DNA of 64,000 bases from Neophaeotheca triangularis. Lineage: Eukaryota. A program made the translations under genes and the position numbers. This document shows, piece by piece, positions 26,544 to 38,716 of the stretch (positions are counted from its first letter, which is position 1; the number at the start of each line of letters is the position of its first letter). The stretch covers positions 186,001 to 250,000 of the forward strand of contig BAAIJX010000021.1 in the NCBI GenBank assembly GCA_054600435.1, read 5' to 3'. The notes beneath the pieces are model-generated. The model saw only the letters and a list, made by a program, of their open reading frames with translations. It did not search any database and was not told the origin of the DNA.

Positions 26544-26986
26544 TGTTACGGGATTTCCCGAACACAGGATTTCATTGGTTAGTATGGAAGGATCAAGAGC
26601 CAAGGAACGCAGCGTCTCGACGAAACGCGGTCGAGCTGCATCCTGACTACACTTCGGCCGAAGACTCATGCCATGTCTCGCTCAGCTCGCGTCGAGACAG
26701 TCGACCTCGCTCGACTACTCGACGGGCGAGATGGCGAGCAGAAATCGACTATCTCGAGAACGAGACAGTCGAGACACACGAATCTCCTTTGTATTTAGGT
26801 AGCGACATTTCCTAGATAGAGATGTGTGTTCAACTCATGTTACAATCTTACTGAAAGGTCTACAGCGACACTTTACGTATCTTTGAAATCCTTACGACAA
26901 AGGAAACACCCTTGCCAGCCTTCTTCGATATCTCTCCTCTTCCGCTACGAGCTCTACCCGTGAGACTACCTTGTAGGATCGCAACA
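26544..26986 (+). repeat. 3' LTR (443 bp)
   Basis: Direct repeat of 19893-20335 with about 8 transition differences. Confidence 0.97.
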
Positions 26987-28052
26987 TACTAGTAGTGTAT
27001 AAGCAATATCGAAGACAATCACTACCCTATAATAGTAGACGCCTTAATGGACTAGGCTAATAAGATTAAGACTAGTGAATTAGCTCCTAATCGCATTAAT
27101 TAGGATGTTATGTATAAGCTCTAACGAGTAAGGGAGCGGTTTCGAGGCTATAAGGCAGTAGTAATACTACCTATAACGGCCTCTTAACCGTCGACATCGT
27201 TAACTACGCTAATTATTAACACACATGTCTTTCTTAGTGCTTAAGACATAATAAGACACTTCTAAGAAGCTAGACTAGGTGCTCTACTAGTAACTATACC
27301 TCACGCTCCTTAACTAGCCTTAAGTCCTTTATATATTCACTCCCTATAGACAGACACTACGCTAGAAGACTAGGTATTAGACTTTTTCGTTTAGCTTAAG
27401 AAGCAGCCTAGCTTTATTAATAGTTAGTCAGTTCTCACCGAAATATTAGAGCGTTTAATAGACGAAGGCTACGAGCTTAATGTAGTAGCAAACATAGGGC
27501 ATATAGAGTAGGTTAGTAATAGTCTAAAGGCGGGTTATCGAGCGCGGGTTCGACGGATGTGTCATAAGTATAGGGTAGAGAAGCGAGCTTCACTAAATCG
27601 ATCACTACCGTCCGACCTATTAACGGATATGGACATTTAGATATACATTAAATTTAGCGAAAGAAGGGCTTCAATTTGATATCCTATTTATTACAAATAG
27701 TTGTATATTGTCATAGTAGTACCGTCGCAAAGTTAGTATATGCCTCTATCTTATACTAAACTTAGTAGATGAAGTCTAAGTTTATAGTATAGGAGTGTGG
27801 CCACGTGACGCGCTAGCGAGAGATACTAGCATCTCATTCGCTAGGAGATACGGCCCGTAGAGCTACATACCTCCATAAGCACCTCCGCAATATTAAACCC
27901 TATTAGGTCAACCTAGTATTATTACTTTGCTACACTATGCCACTAGAACTATACCGCCTTCTGTCAATATAACATATAGGTTAGATAGAGCATGTAACGA
28001 GCTTCAAAACGAGGGTCTATTTGTCATAATCCGTCCATTATAGCCTACATAA

Positions 28053-29093
28053 TCATACTAGAAGGTATAAGCTTAAGGTAGTACTATACGAATAGTACCC
28101 TAACTTGTCGAAATGTGCCTATACATAACTAATACCATGCTTTACTACATGTACAAGGAACTAACTAAAGTCCTTAAAGCCTCTAGCCTCGTCAATATGC
28201 TGTTTAATCTAAGCCTTAAGGACATTAAACATCTGTTTAATAGGGTTAAAGTCTAGTGAATAAGGTAGGAGGTATTCAACCGTAATGTCCGCTTTAGCGC
28301 ACATCGCAGCTACCTTATAACTACGGTGAATAGACGCATTATCCATGACTAATATCATACTAGGTACTAACTAGGGGAGCATAGTGTTCTATAACTAGTC
28401 GTTAAAGATCTCTATAGTGATAGCCCCTTATATGATCTTCGTACTAGTAAGGTAACTACTTATAGTTACTATAGGCAATATTGACTACCTCTTAGACCTC
28501 CTTGTTAACTACAAATCGACGTAGTTAACACCTCGTAGTAACTAACCTCTCTTGCGGTATCTAGTCTTCTCATTTGCCGTAGACTTATCGATAAAGTATA
28601 ACAACTCTTGTAGCTACCTAGAAGCCCTTATATACTACATTGCTCGGATTTCACGGCTCCTCTCCTTTACAACCCTCTTGGCGACCTTATATGACTACCT
28701 CTAGCGCTCTATCATACGGTGAAGCGTAGTATAAGACACCTAGACATCGAATTTATCGTATACGACGAGAGCGAGCTTATCAAGGTATATAGTCGGCCGG
28801 TCATAGAGGTAGTCGATTAGGAACTGCGCATAGTTAGCTACATTCACTTAACGAGTATACCTCTAGTCATCACTACTAACCTACTCCTAGTGCGTAGTTA
28901 ACCTCCTAGGTCTACCTATAGCTACCGACGTAGGAGCGTACGCCTTACCAAACAGCTCGAAACACAACCTCCACCGCTTAATCGTACGTTTGCTCTTACT
29001 AAGAGCATGACTAATAGTAGTGGCATTACCATTATAGACCTTAAGGAGCAGTTTAGCGCGCTCGGTTATGTAGGTAGGAGCATATAGCGGCAT
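28053..29093 (-). pseudogene. Tc1/IS630-like DD34E transposase (347 codons), RIP-inactivated
   Basis: N-terminal HTH-like region and GRPRRLT; FID(K<E)S, VMDNASIH, YLLPYSLDFNPI(K<E), with 34 residues between the second D and the E position. Confidence 0.9.
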
Positions 29094-29392
29094 AGCCGGT
29101 ATCAAAAGGAGCAACACCTCACAATAGCCTATACTATTAATTCACACACAACATAAAGGCTTCAAGGACAGACACGGCAATATTCAGACCATGGAGCTAG
29201 TTCTCACCAAAATTCGGTGAAGCCAGGTTTCTCCGCATGAGCCTTGGCATGCGACAGGACATATGGACTTGATTGTATCGATACCTAGACCTTACCGTCC
29301 CTACCTTGTTACCTAACTCGACTACCTACCTAACCTACCTTAACTGTACCTTTAAACCACTTTTCCATCTCTTCACCACCTCATCTGTCGCC

Positions 29393-29816
29393 ATGCCGGG
29401 CCTTCAAGACGACGATGCCGCTGCAAAGGAAGAGGTAAGGTACTTTCTTTACCTCCAACCAAAGCCGAGAATCCGTCAAATCAAATCACGTCACACAGCT
29501 AACATGGAACCCACCCACCCCGTACCAGCGCCTCAAGGCAGCCCTGTGGTTCAACATAGGCCAGACCGTCGACGCCGTCTCCCTTTCCTCCGACCTCAAT
29601 GCCACGCCTCACTTCATCGGCGGCCTTAGCGAAATGGTCTGGAGCCAGATTGAGAATGTCTCCCGCGATCTCGAGGCCTTTGCAAAGCACGCAGGCCGCT
29701 CCACCATCAACACCAGCGACGTCGCGCTCCTGGGCAGGCGCAATGATGCTCTCGAAGACATTTTGAAACACCAGGCAAAGCAGGTCAAGGCAAAGGACAA
29801 CGACAAGTCACGATGA
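29393..29816 (+). CDS. MHF1: MHF1 / CENP-S histone-fold protein (109 aa); intron 29435-29528
   Basis: EE|RLKAALWFNIG...NATPHFIGGLSE...DLEAFAKHAGRSTINTSDVALLGRRN. Confidence 0.92.
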
Positions 29817-29962
29817 ACACGGTAGACATGACAATGTCCGATCGATTCCAGCCCTGCGCCGTTGGAGTACTGGGCTGCTTTTGTTGCTCTACAAACGACT
29901 CTCAACCGGTCTATCAATATATCAGCCCGAGCATGCAACTCTTAGCAACTACAAAGGCAGCC

Positions 29963-30992
29963 TTACGACTTATCCGGGAAACCGAAGTCGACCTACGCAG
30001 CGTCAGTACATGTATCCGATCAACATCGGGGTCCTGGAGAGAATTTACCCCGAATGCAGGGTACACGAATCGCTTGATGCCCTTCACCTTGTGGATTTTT
30101 TCGAGCGCGTCCATGTCTGAAGAATCAAGCTTTACAACTTTGAGGTTCTCCGCGATGCGTGTCGCCGTCACAGACTTGGGCAAGACAACGTGACCCTTGT
30201 TGACTACATGGACGTCAGCTGTGCCGCAGATTCTTCATGATGCGGAATGAACATACCCTGGTAACTTATCAGGACGGTACCCGGTCCCACGTTGTGCTTC
30301 TTTGCAACCTCCGTCACGCCTTCCTCCTCGAACAATGGGCTACCCGTGCTACCCAGTGGGCTGTAGGCTTGGATGAGGATACCCTTCTCTTTGCAGAAAT
30401 CATGAATCTCCGTCTGGGGCAGATATGGGTGGTTTTCGATCTGGTTGGCCGCAGGAGTGATTGTGACTTGAGGCAAAAGCTCCTGGAGGAACTTGACGCT
30501 GTAGTTGGAAACGCCAATGGCCTTTGCTTTCCCGCTCTTGGGCAGCTTCTCCATCTCTTTCCATGTCTGCACATGCGACCAATCCTTGATGTCGAGGTCC
30601 CTCGAACCATCCTCGTGCTTGGGAAAGTAGGGGTGGCTTCCGTTGGGGTTCATAGGGCAGGGCCAGTGCATCAAGTAGAGATCGATGTAGTCAAGCCCGA
30701 GCTTCCTGAGAGACTCATCGAGACCCTTCTCTGGGGTGCGGTGATAGGTACACCAAAGCTTGCTAGTCACGAAAACGTCCTCTCTTTTTATGCCTGATGC
30801 GAACGCCTCCTTTAGTCCCTGCCCGACTTCTTCTTCGTTTTGGTAGATGAATGCGGCATCAATGTGTCGGTACCCGCCCTTCAAAGCAGACGCGACAGCA
30901 TCTTTAACCTGACCAGGATCGGATTGCCACGTTCCAAGGCCTACTGCTGGGATCTTCGCACCGGTGTTGAGGGTAAAGGTTGGGTTCTCCAT
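29963..30992 (-). CDS. Aldo-keto reductase (GCY1/AKR-like; candidate D-glucuronate reductase); two 3' introns
   Basis: IPAVGLGTW, GYRHIDAA-Y, FVTSKLW, DLYLMHWP, AIGVSN, AYSPLG, LPKSVT; last exon VDFGFPDKS*; divergent from MIOX. Confidence 0.92.
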
Positions 30993-32182
30993 GATGACTA
31001 TAAATTGGGGTCAAGGTTGTAGTAGGTTTGATGCAAGATACTTCCTAAAGATGCAACGGGAGAACAGGACACCTTAAAGGCGTTCTATGTCATAGGGCAC
31101 TCGCACTACATTGACCCGACATGAATGATCATACTACAAAGATAGTGGGACGACGAAACGATAGAGCGCTCGCTCATACGCGCTTATTCGGACAGCTTTG
31201 GCCCGATAGGAGACAGAATGGTCAAGCTATCGTAAACTGGCACAGTATGTGACGACAGCCTAGCATTTGCAATGCACTACAACGTGTACACAGGCATGCG
31301 ACCAAGACAAAGCAACCCTGACAATATTTGCCCCGCCATCAACATCCCACCACTCCACCTCTAGCGTAGTAAGGTAGTGAGGAACGTGGAGGGACCAAAC
31401 CAAATCCCGACAGACGCCGACAGAGAATTGAGATCACGTGCATCTTGCTGACAACAAGCGACAGCATGGGGCGCGGGGTCTGAGCAGTGAGCACTGAGGT
31501 GGTGGGGAGGATCCACCCAGCTCGGAGAAACCTTCACGCCTAATCAGACGTATTCCCTCGGAAAGCGAGCCAACGACGGGACCCTCGCCAAAACGTATCG
31601 CCGTAGCGCGCGAGCTTCCCTCAAAAATTCTTCCAGCCTCCGGCGCTAGCAGGCACGTCGTCGCCGTAAACAGCAACTTTCGCCGCCTCTCCCACCAAAA
31701 TGATCCGTTCGCTGACGTTGTAGCTCCACTCAACGGATCAACTGTATTACCGGCATGCCTGATCAGGCTTAGATGGCTCGTCTAGTTTCTCCGAGCTCGC
31801 CTTGCTTGACCTATCATGAGCTGGACCGGCGTTCAGATGATGCGTAGGCTTGCAGCTGGCACCCCAACCTCCGGCTTCTCTTGCTACATCGAACCCCCCG
31901 AGCAACGCAAGACATGCCATTAGCGTCCAGCTATCGTAGGAAGTCCCATGCTAGATGAGTCGAGCCCTGATGTTTGTCTGGCCCTTTAGGTAGGTCTGGG
32001 GCAGGTGGGGTTCCCCAGTGATAGGGAAGAAAACTCCACGCCCCCGTAAGCATTCTTAAGAGTAGGTCAGTCGCTACCATCCCCTGCGTCTCTTTCCGTT
32101 CCAATCCATCTCTCCTCTCATTCATAGCCCATTCTCTGTAAATCATAATCAAACATTTCCCAAGATCCATTCATCCTTCAAA

Positions 32183-33175
32183 ATGGCACCCGTCGCAATC
32201 GAGACCCCCAACATCAACGAGGACTTCAACTCCCACAGGGATGGGTTGGCCCTCGAGGCGACCAGCGACGCCGTCGATGAGGTCAACGTTCTGAAAGCCG
32301 CCATGCGTGTCAAGAACGGCACAGCAACGCAAGAAGAGGTCGACATGTACGAGGCCTCCAAATTCGATGCGGAGAAGGATAAGACGCAATTCAGGCAATA
32401 CGAGGACGCTTGCGACCGCGTCAAGAACTTCTACCGCGAGCAACACGAGAAGCAGACCGTGGCCTACAACCTCAAAGCGCGCAACGACTTCAAGTCCAAG
32501 ACCCGCGCCGAATTCACCATCTGGCAAGCCATGGAGAAACTCAACACCCTCATCGACGAATCCGACCCTGACACCTCCCTCTCGCAAATCGAGCACCTGC
32601 TCCAATCTGCCGAAGCCATTCGCCGCGACGGCAAGCCTCGCTGGTTCCAACTCACAGGTCTCATCCACGACCTCGGCAAGCTGCTCTTCTTCTACGACGC
32701 CCGAGGCCAATGGGACGTTGTCGGCGACACCTTCCCCGTCGGCTGCCGCTTCGACGAATCAATCATCTACCCGGGCACTTTCGACGACAACCCCGACAGC
32801 AAAGACCCCATCTACAGCACCAAGCACGGCATCTACACCCCCGGCTGCGGGCTCGACAACATCATGCTCAGCTGGGGCCACGACGAATACCTCTACCACA
32901 TCTGCAAAGAGCAATCGACGCTCCCGGACGAGGCGCTGGCCATGATCCGCTACCACTCCTTCTACCCCTGGCACTCGGCCGGCGGGTACAGGTGGATGAT
33001 GAACGACAAGGACGAGACCATGCTCAAGGCCGTCAAGGCTTTCAACCCTTACGACTTGTACAGCAAGAGCGACGACGTGCCCACCGTCGATGAGCTCAAG
33101 CCTTACTACCTCGACCTCATCAATGAGTTCTTTCAACCTGAAGCTGGCCAGGACGCCAAGGTCATCAAGTGGTAG
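32183..33175 (+). CDS. MIOX: myo-Inositol oxygenase (330 aa)
   Basis: FRQY, FYREQHEKQT, DESDPD, HLLQSAEAIR, GLIHDLGK, QWDVVGDTFPVGC, SWGHDEYLY, IRYHSFYPWH, FNPYDLYSK; strong GC3 bias. Confidence 0.97.
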   Translation: MAPVAIETPNINEDFNSHRDGLALEATSDAVDEVNVLKAAMRVKNGTATQEEVDMYEASKFDAEKDKTQFRQYEDACDRVKNFYREQHEKQTVAYNLKARNDFKSKTRAEFTIWQAMEKLNTLIDESDPDTSLSQIEHLLQSAEAIRRDGKPRWFQLTGLIHDLGKLLFFYDARGQWDVVGDTFPVGCRFDESIIYPGTFDDNPDSKDPIYSTKHGIYTPGCGLDNIMLSWGHDEYLYHICKEQSTLPDEALAMIRYHSFYPWHSAGGYRWMMNDKDETMLKAVKAFNPYDLYSKSDDVPTVDELKPYYLDLINEFFQPEAGQDAKVIKW

Positions 33176-33638
33176 ACGGGAGACTTTCTACAGAGGTTTT
33201 TTTCTTTGATTGATTTTTAGCGATACCATCACTCTCGGCGACGGGGCCTGATTGAGTGTACGGATGGGTGGCGTTTCTGTTAATGGGGTCTTTTTGCTAT
33301 GATATCTATCTATATTGAATGACAGCATGTCACGAACTCATATTGATGTCACTTGCAATTGCCCTTGACGCAACCCTGTATCTGAACATATGCTACTTGC
33401 GGTCTTTAATCGAGTGTGATGCCTCTCTACTCAGGTACATGAATAGCAATTCCCCTGCAAGTCCTGACCAATACCTGCGGGCATTGCACAGTCGGGAATT
33501 TTGTCAATTGGGAAATTCCCCTGATACGGCAATGCTGAACCCCCATCGATAGCCAGCAAAAACCGTCAAGTCTCAACGTTGAAACGGCAAAAGTGCGCTC
33601 GCTCGCTCACTCGCTAGCTTATCCTAAGACCTCTCCCG

Positions 33639-35486
33639 TCACAGCCCCTTCTTAATATCATCAACCAACTTCTCGGCGTGCGCATATGTCGCGCCCTGGG
33701 TATGCCCCGGCGGCGTGAAGCGGAAAGAGCTCGAATCAATAACTCTCAGCTTCTGCACGCCGGAAACCTTGGCGTTGCCGTCCACCACGGCCATGGTCTC
33801 GTTGGCGCGGCCCATCATGCAAGAGCTCGTGGCGTGGTGCACGGCGCCCATGTTCTTCTTGATGGAGGCGAGAATGTCGGCGTGGCTTGTGACGTTGGCT
33901 CCCGGGGCCGTCTCCGGGGTTGTGGCGATGGGGATGTGTTTCCAGGCTTCGCGGAGTTGGCGGTAGGCTTGCACGGCGATTTCTTGGTCGGCTTCGTCGA
34001 GGAGCCAGTTGGTGCTGATGACGGGTTTGTCCGCCATGCTGGAGGAGTTGATGGTCATGTTGCCTCGGGAGATGGCTCCGACGAGCAGGACCCCAAGGGT
34101 GGCGTAGTCGTTGTTGTCGCCTGCGCTTCCCGTTAGAGTTTTGCCGGAAGATTGCAGGACGATCTCGATTTCTGGCCAGTCCGATGGCCAGCGTGCTAGT
34201 TTCTGTCGAGTGCTGTTGCTGAGGTTGGAGCGGTAGGGCTCGGGCAGCTTCTCCCATGAAAGCACATCGCCGCCGCTGTTTGTAAGGATGCCGCTGCCAT
34301 CTTGGAGGAATTGCTGTTCGGCTTGAACTTTAAAGCCCGCGTCTGAAGACACCCTAGCGGAGGATATGAGGGGAACGCCGTGGGTGACGCCGTCGATGTT
34401 GCAGGAGTCGTGCATATTCTGACCCACACCGGGTCGGTCTGCTATCACGTCTATGCCGTTTTTTTGCAGCGTCTCAGCCGGGCCTATACCGGAGACCATT
34501 AACAACTGTGGCGAATGGTAGGCTCCTGCACTGACGATAACTTCTTGCCTGGCTGATAGCGTGTAGTTGTACCCAGCGCTCTGCACTGTCACACCTGTTG
34601 CTCGTTTATCGGAGTCGAACATGATTTGCATTGCTTGCGACATGGGGTACACAGTCAACGGGAGCTCAGTGTCAATGGCCTCCTGTAGGAAAGAGGTCTC
34701 GGAAGAAGATCGCAACGAGTCTGTCGGGTTGATGGTGAACGGATTGTAGGCTGACCCGTTGAGCACGCCACTGCTAAAATCTACCGCCATGGGTAGACCG
34801 ATTGCTTTCAACGCTTTGATTCCCCAGGAGGCGAAGGGGGTGGCATATTTCGGAAAGGATACTTGTAAAGGTCCGCCGTTCGTAGAGTATGCACTAGCAT
34901 TGTAGCTGGTCGTGGCATTTGCTGCTCTGATGCTCGTATCCGGAGGCGTGAAGGTCATGGATTTCTCGAAGTAAGGTAGCATGTTGTCCCAACTGAACGA
35001 GTCGTCAGCCACCTCTCGCGCCCAAAGATCGTAGCTGCCCTTGGTCCCCCGGTGGTAGATCATTTGGTTTCGACCGGAGCTGCCGCCGAGGCATTTTCCT
35101 TGGGCATAATGCATCACCCTCCCACCGAGCTGAGGCTGGGGGACTGTGTCCAAACCCCAGTCAATAAAAGGTTGGAAGTCTGTGGGATCCGCGCTGACGT
35201 AGTCTCTCGAGTACAAGGGCACCTGGCTCTTGTTGCCATTGCTGATTTCGTAGAACGTTCCAGCTTCGACCACAGCGACGGAGATTGAGCGATCTTCTGC
35301 CAGCCGTTTCGCTACCACCAGGCCAGCGAGGCCGCCGCCTACCACCACGTAGTCGTACGTGGCATCCTCACCTGGAGTGCCGAAGTAGGAACCGATAAGA
35401 GCATTTGGCTGTGAGTTTTGCCAGGTCAGGCCGAAGCAGACTGGAGATATGAGCCCAAGGGCTGCCAAAGGCGATGCGACTTTCAT
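33639..35486 (-). CDS. Secreted GMC (AA3) FAD oxidoreductase (615 aa)
   Basis: Signal peptide MKVASPLAALGL, YDYVVVGGGLAG, GKCLGGSS, SAGAYHSPQLLMVSGIGP, VHHATSSC, LRVIDSS, PPGH. Confidence 0.93.
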   Translation of the reverse strand: MKVASPLAALGLISPVCFGLTWQNSQPNALIGSYFGTPGEDATYDYVVVGGGLAGLVVAKRLAEDRSISVAVVEAGTFYEISNGNKSQVPLYSRDYVSADPTDFQPFIDWGLDTVPQPQLGGRVMHYAQGKCLGGSSGRNQMIYHRGTKGSYDLWAREVADDSFSWDNMLPYFEKSMTFTPPDTSIRAANATTSYNASAYSTNGGPLQVSFPKYATPFASWGIKALKAIGLPMAVDFSSGVLNGSAYNPFTINPTDSLRSSSETSFLQEAIDTELPLTVYPMSQAMQIMFDSDKRATGVTVQSAGYNYTLSARQEVIVSAGAYHSPQLLMVSGIGPAETLQKNGIDVIADRPGVGQNMHDSCNIDGVTHGVPLISSARVSSDAGFKVQAEQQFLQDGSGILTNSGGDVLSWEKLPEPYRSNLSNSTRQKLARWPSDWPEIEIVLQSSGKTLTGSAGDNNDYATLGVLLVGAISRGNMTINSSSMADKPVISTNWLLDEADQEIAVQAYRQLREAWKHIPIATTPETAPGANVTSHADILASIKKNMGAVHHATSSCMMGRANETMAVVDGNAKVSGVQKLRVIDSSSFRFTPPGHTQGATYAHAEKLVDDIKKGL

Positions 35487-36429
35487 GATAGCGTTCAAGG
35501 GAAAATGGTGGATGGACTGGGGAGGGATCAAACGCAAGGCCTCGATCTGGTCCTGCTTTATACTTACAAGACAAAACCTACTGCTCATGGGTCCATTGAT
35601 AGACGCGGAAAACAATCGCATGTTACGTCGGCGAACCCGTGTAGAGACCGTTTCCCGGCCCACAAAGTTGGAAGATCTTCAGCAAGCAAACCGCGGTGCA
35701 TATAAAGCATCGTCAATCAAGTGTTGAGTCAGAAACGGGACATGATGTAGAGTTCATGTGCTCCTGGCTGCATTTCACAAATCGGGTAAAACAGATCAGC
35801 GGTACAGTTAATAATAAAGATGGTTGATCTCTGCGTCGGTCAATTCCGGCCTCGTGATTAGCCCACTGGCAGGTGCGCCGAATCAACGACCTCCACTGTC
35901 CATCCGGTTAGAGGGAACAGATGGAACAGCTGGCAATAATATTAAAATATTGGAAGACGTGCCGTTTAACATGGAATACTAACTTACTACTTCTTAGTAC
36001 GAAGCCCAAGGTCTTTTGCTTCTTCACTCAAGCTCTCCGGAGCGAGCCGAGGGCAGGCAAGTGGGCGGAACCGGTCAATACCCAAGTAGGTTCCTCATAG
36101 GTATACAATACCTTGATTATTATTATATACCCCGTCAGAGCAACTTCACTCAGGACCGGTTGTGGACCCTGCATCAATCATCAATCAGTTCGACGGAGGT
36201 GGGATAGAGCAGAACACAAGTCTAGTAGCATGACGCAAAAATGTATACTCTAGCTACTTGTATACACCAGCGTAGCTACGGACACATGCACTTAGATTGC
36301 GCGCAACTTGCGTGCATCCATGTACAATGACCATTTGAACATTCTTCTCGCCAAGTGCTTTTGATACAAAATGCTCCCCGCATTTCCATGACACCAAATG
36401 CTTTTACAAGTCGAACAATCTCCAGCACT

Positions 36430-38208
36430 TTATCCCATGACCATTCCCTTGAGACCAGCCATGTCGCCCTCTTTGGCGGCGATTTCGAAGTAAGAGTAGA
36501 TGATACTACGACGTTTGTCAGCAAGCTCCCCCAAAGTACGGGCCTAATTGGGACGGTTACTTACGTGACAGCCATAAGAATACCAGTACCGCTGCCGAGA
36601 GCACCGATGAGATCGCTAGCAACCGAGAGAGCGCCAATGCAAGCACCACCAAAAGCGGCGGCCGTGGGGATGACACGCTTGAGTTCGCGGTACATGGACT
36701 CGTCGCGGTGTCCAGCCATAACAAGGCCTTGTTCCTTCAGCTGCTTGGCGACATCCCTTGGGCTAGAACCGGAAACCTCGATCCACGTCTTGGAGAAGGC
36801 AGCACAGGCAAGGAGCATGTAAGCCAAGAAGACAGCAGTGTGAACCGGATCGAGCAGTGCGTCCTTGATGTTGAGCGGGGGGCTCATGTAGTAGACCAAA
36901 CCACTGACCGGGAGAACCTGAGCGCTACCCTCACGTGCTTCCCACACACCAATCATTTTGACCAAAAGGTTCTCCGGCAGCCTGTTGTAGAGCATCTGCG
37001 AAACCAAAAACACGTTGGAAGAGAGGGCGGACTGGAGCATGATTGGCATGTTGGAGGTGTAGAACAGGCGGACGGGGTAAGAACCGCGCATGCCACGCTG
37101 GCGCGAAGACTTGACGGGGATTTCGACGCGGAAGCCTGCCAATCGTATTAGTGTCAATGCGACTTGAGGATCGAGCCGTGGGCACCTACCTTGAAGGTAA
37201 ATCACGGCGCTGAATACAACGACGGTAGCGAGCAGGTTCATGACGTTGGGAAGGTTCTGCCTGTAGAATGCCTCGCGCAGGGCGAGCTGCTTGTTGGGCC
37301 AGGTGATTAGGAGGTGGACGAGAGCGATAATGGCACCCTCGAACTCAGGTCCGCGACCAGTGTTGACAGTGGTGGGCGAGAAGGCCTTCCAGACGATAGA
37401 TTCGCAGATGTTGGTAGCGATGAACAGAGAGATACCGCTGCCCAGACCATAGCCCTTCTGCAAAAGCTCGTCGAGGAGAATTACAATGAGCGCAGCAGCA
37501 AGAAGCTGGACAACAAGGAGAACGCAAATACCAGCGCCCAAATCGGCAGGAGGCCCGTAAAGGCCAGTAAGCACAAAGACACATGCCTGGCCGAAGGAGA
37601 GGATGATGGCGAGGAGCTTCTGGGCCGTCTGGTAGAGCTCACGGTCGGACTTGAGGTCGAGGTTCACGTCGATAAGATGGGTGCCGGCCAGCAGCTGAAA
37701 GACCATGCCGGAAGAGATGATGGGCGTAATACCAAGCTCCATAAGAGTTCCGCGGTTACTCGCCATCATCATACGTAGCCAGTAGAGGGGATCAGAGGTG
37801 TCTGTCTGCATCATCAGTATCCGACCGCCTCTTTCTCTTTCCACGCTACACCTTGCAACGCGACTGACCTGAAGAGACAATGCCGTACAAGGGCATCTGG
37901 CTCATGACCAAGAAGATGATCAAGGTGACTGAAGTCCATACTATCCGCTGTTGGAAGGGGACCTTGGTCTCGGGAACTTGCACTTCGGGGATAAGGGGCG
38001 TGAATGGCTTCACGAGGTCGAGGAAGCGGACTGTTGGAGCCAGAGCGTTAGCATAGGAGCTCTGGCATTACCGCCCTCGTCTTCAACTCTTTTGACTCGA
38101 CGCAGCCGCTGGTGATTTTCGTATCCGAGACTGGTATCATGCGGCCGGTATAAAGTTCTGTATTCCTCATGGTGGTCAAAGGGGAGGGGGAGACCTACGA
38201 CCAGACAT
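36430..38208 (-). CDS. SEC61: Protein transport protein Sec61 alpha subunit, 4 introns
   Basis: Micro-exon ATG TCT GGT C at 38208 splices to give [53 protein letters not shown]; last exon [13 protein letters not shown]...MG*. Confidence 0.96.
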
Positions 38209-38716
38209 GACTGGTGGCCTTTCAAGGGGAGCTGCAGTGCGCTCCCGTGTCGAGGTGAGGAGGAAATCAACAAGCTTGTCAAGCAGAAGAGATGGAAGAA
38301 GCGAAGATGGGGGGGAGGTTGGAAGGAAGGAAAGAAGTGGTGGTGGTGTTGTCGTCGGTGATGGGAGTAGTGAAGTGAGGTGTCCCGAACGTCGCGTGGT
38401 GGAGCTCGGGGCATTGGATTTCTCGAAAACAGCTGGCTTGATGTCGCAGGGGCTAGAGTGCTAGGCCTTGGCACATGAATAGCGGAGGGCGTGGGGATGG
38501 CCAGAAGTTGTTGCACAAAGTAAAGTGATACCTGCATTTTTGACAATGAGCTGTTCGAGGTCTAGGTACTCCTTCTATCAATGTAGTATTTTTACATCCA
38601 CTCAAGGTTCTGCATTGTCTACTAAGTACAGGTCCAGAATTTATTGCATACTGAGACCACACCTCGAAGACAAACTCTTTGGCCCTTCGACGCGCCGGAA
38701 TGCAAACCACATAAAC

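Noticed and set aside
29257..29270. Joining left AAGTCC to right ATATGGACTT gives a 16-bp palindrome, suggesting a palindromic target with element ends at 18385/29260
   Set aside because: Equidistant TA dinucleotides 15 bp further out and residual similarity fit normal Tc1 ends (18370/29275) better
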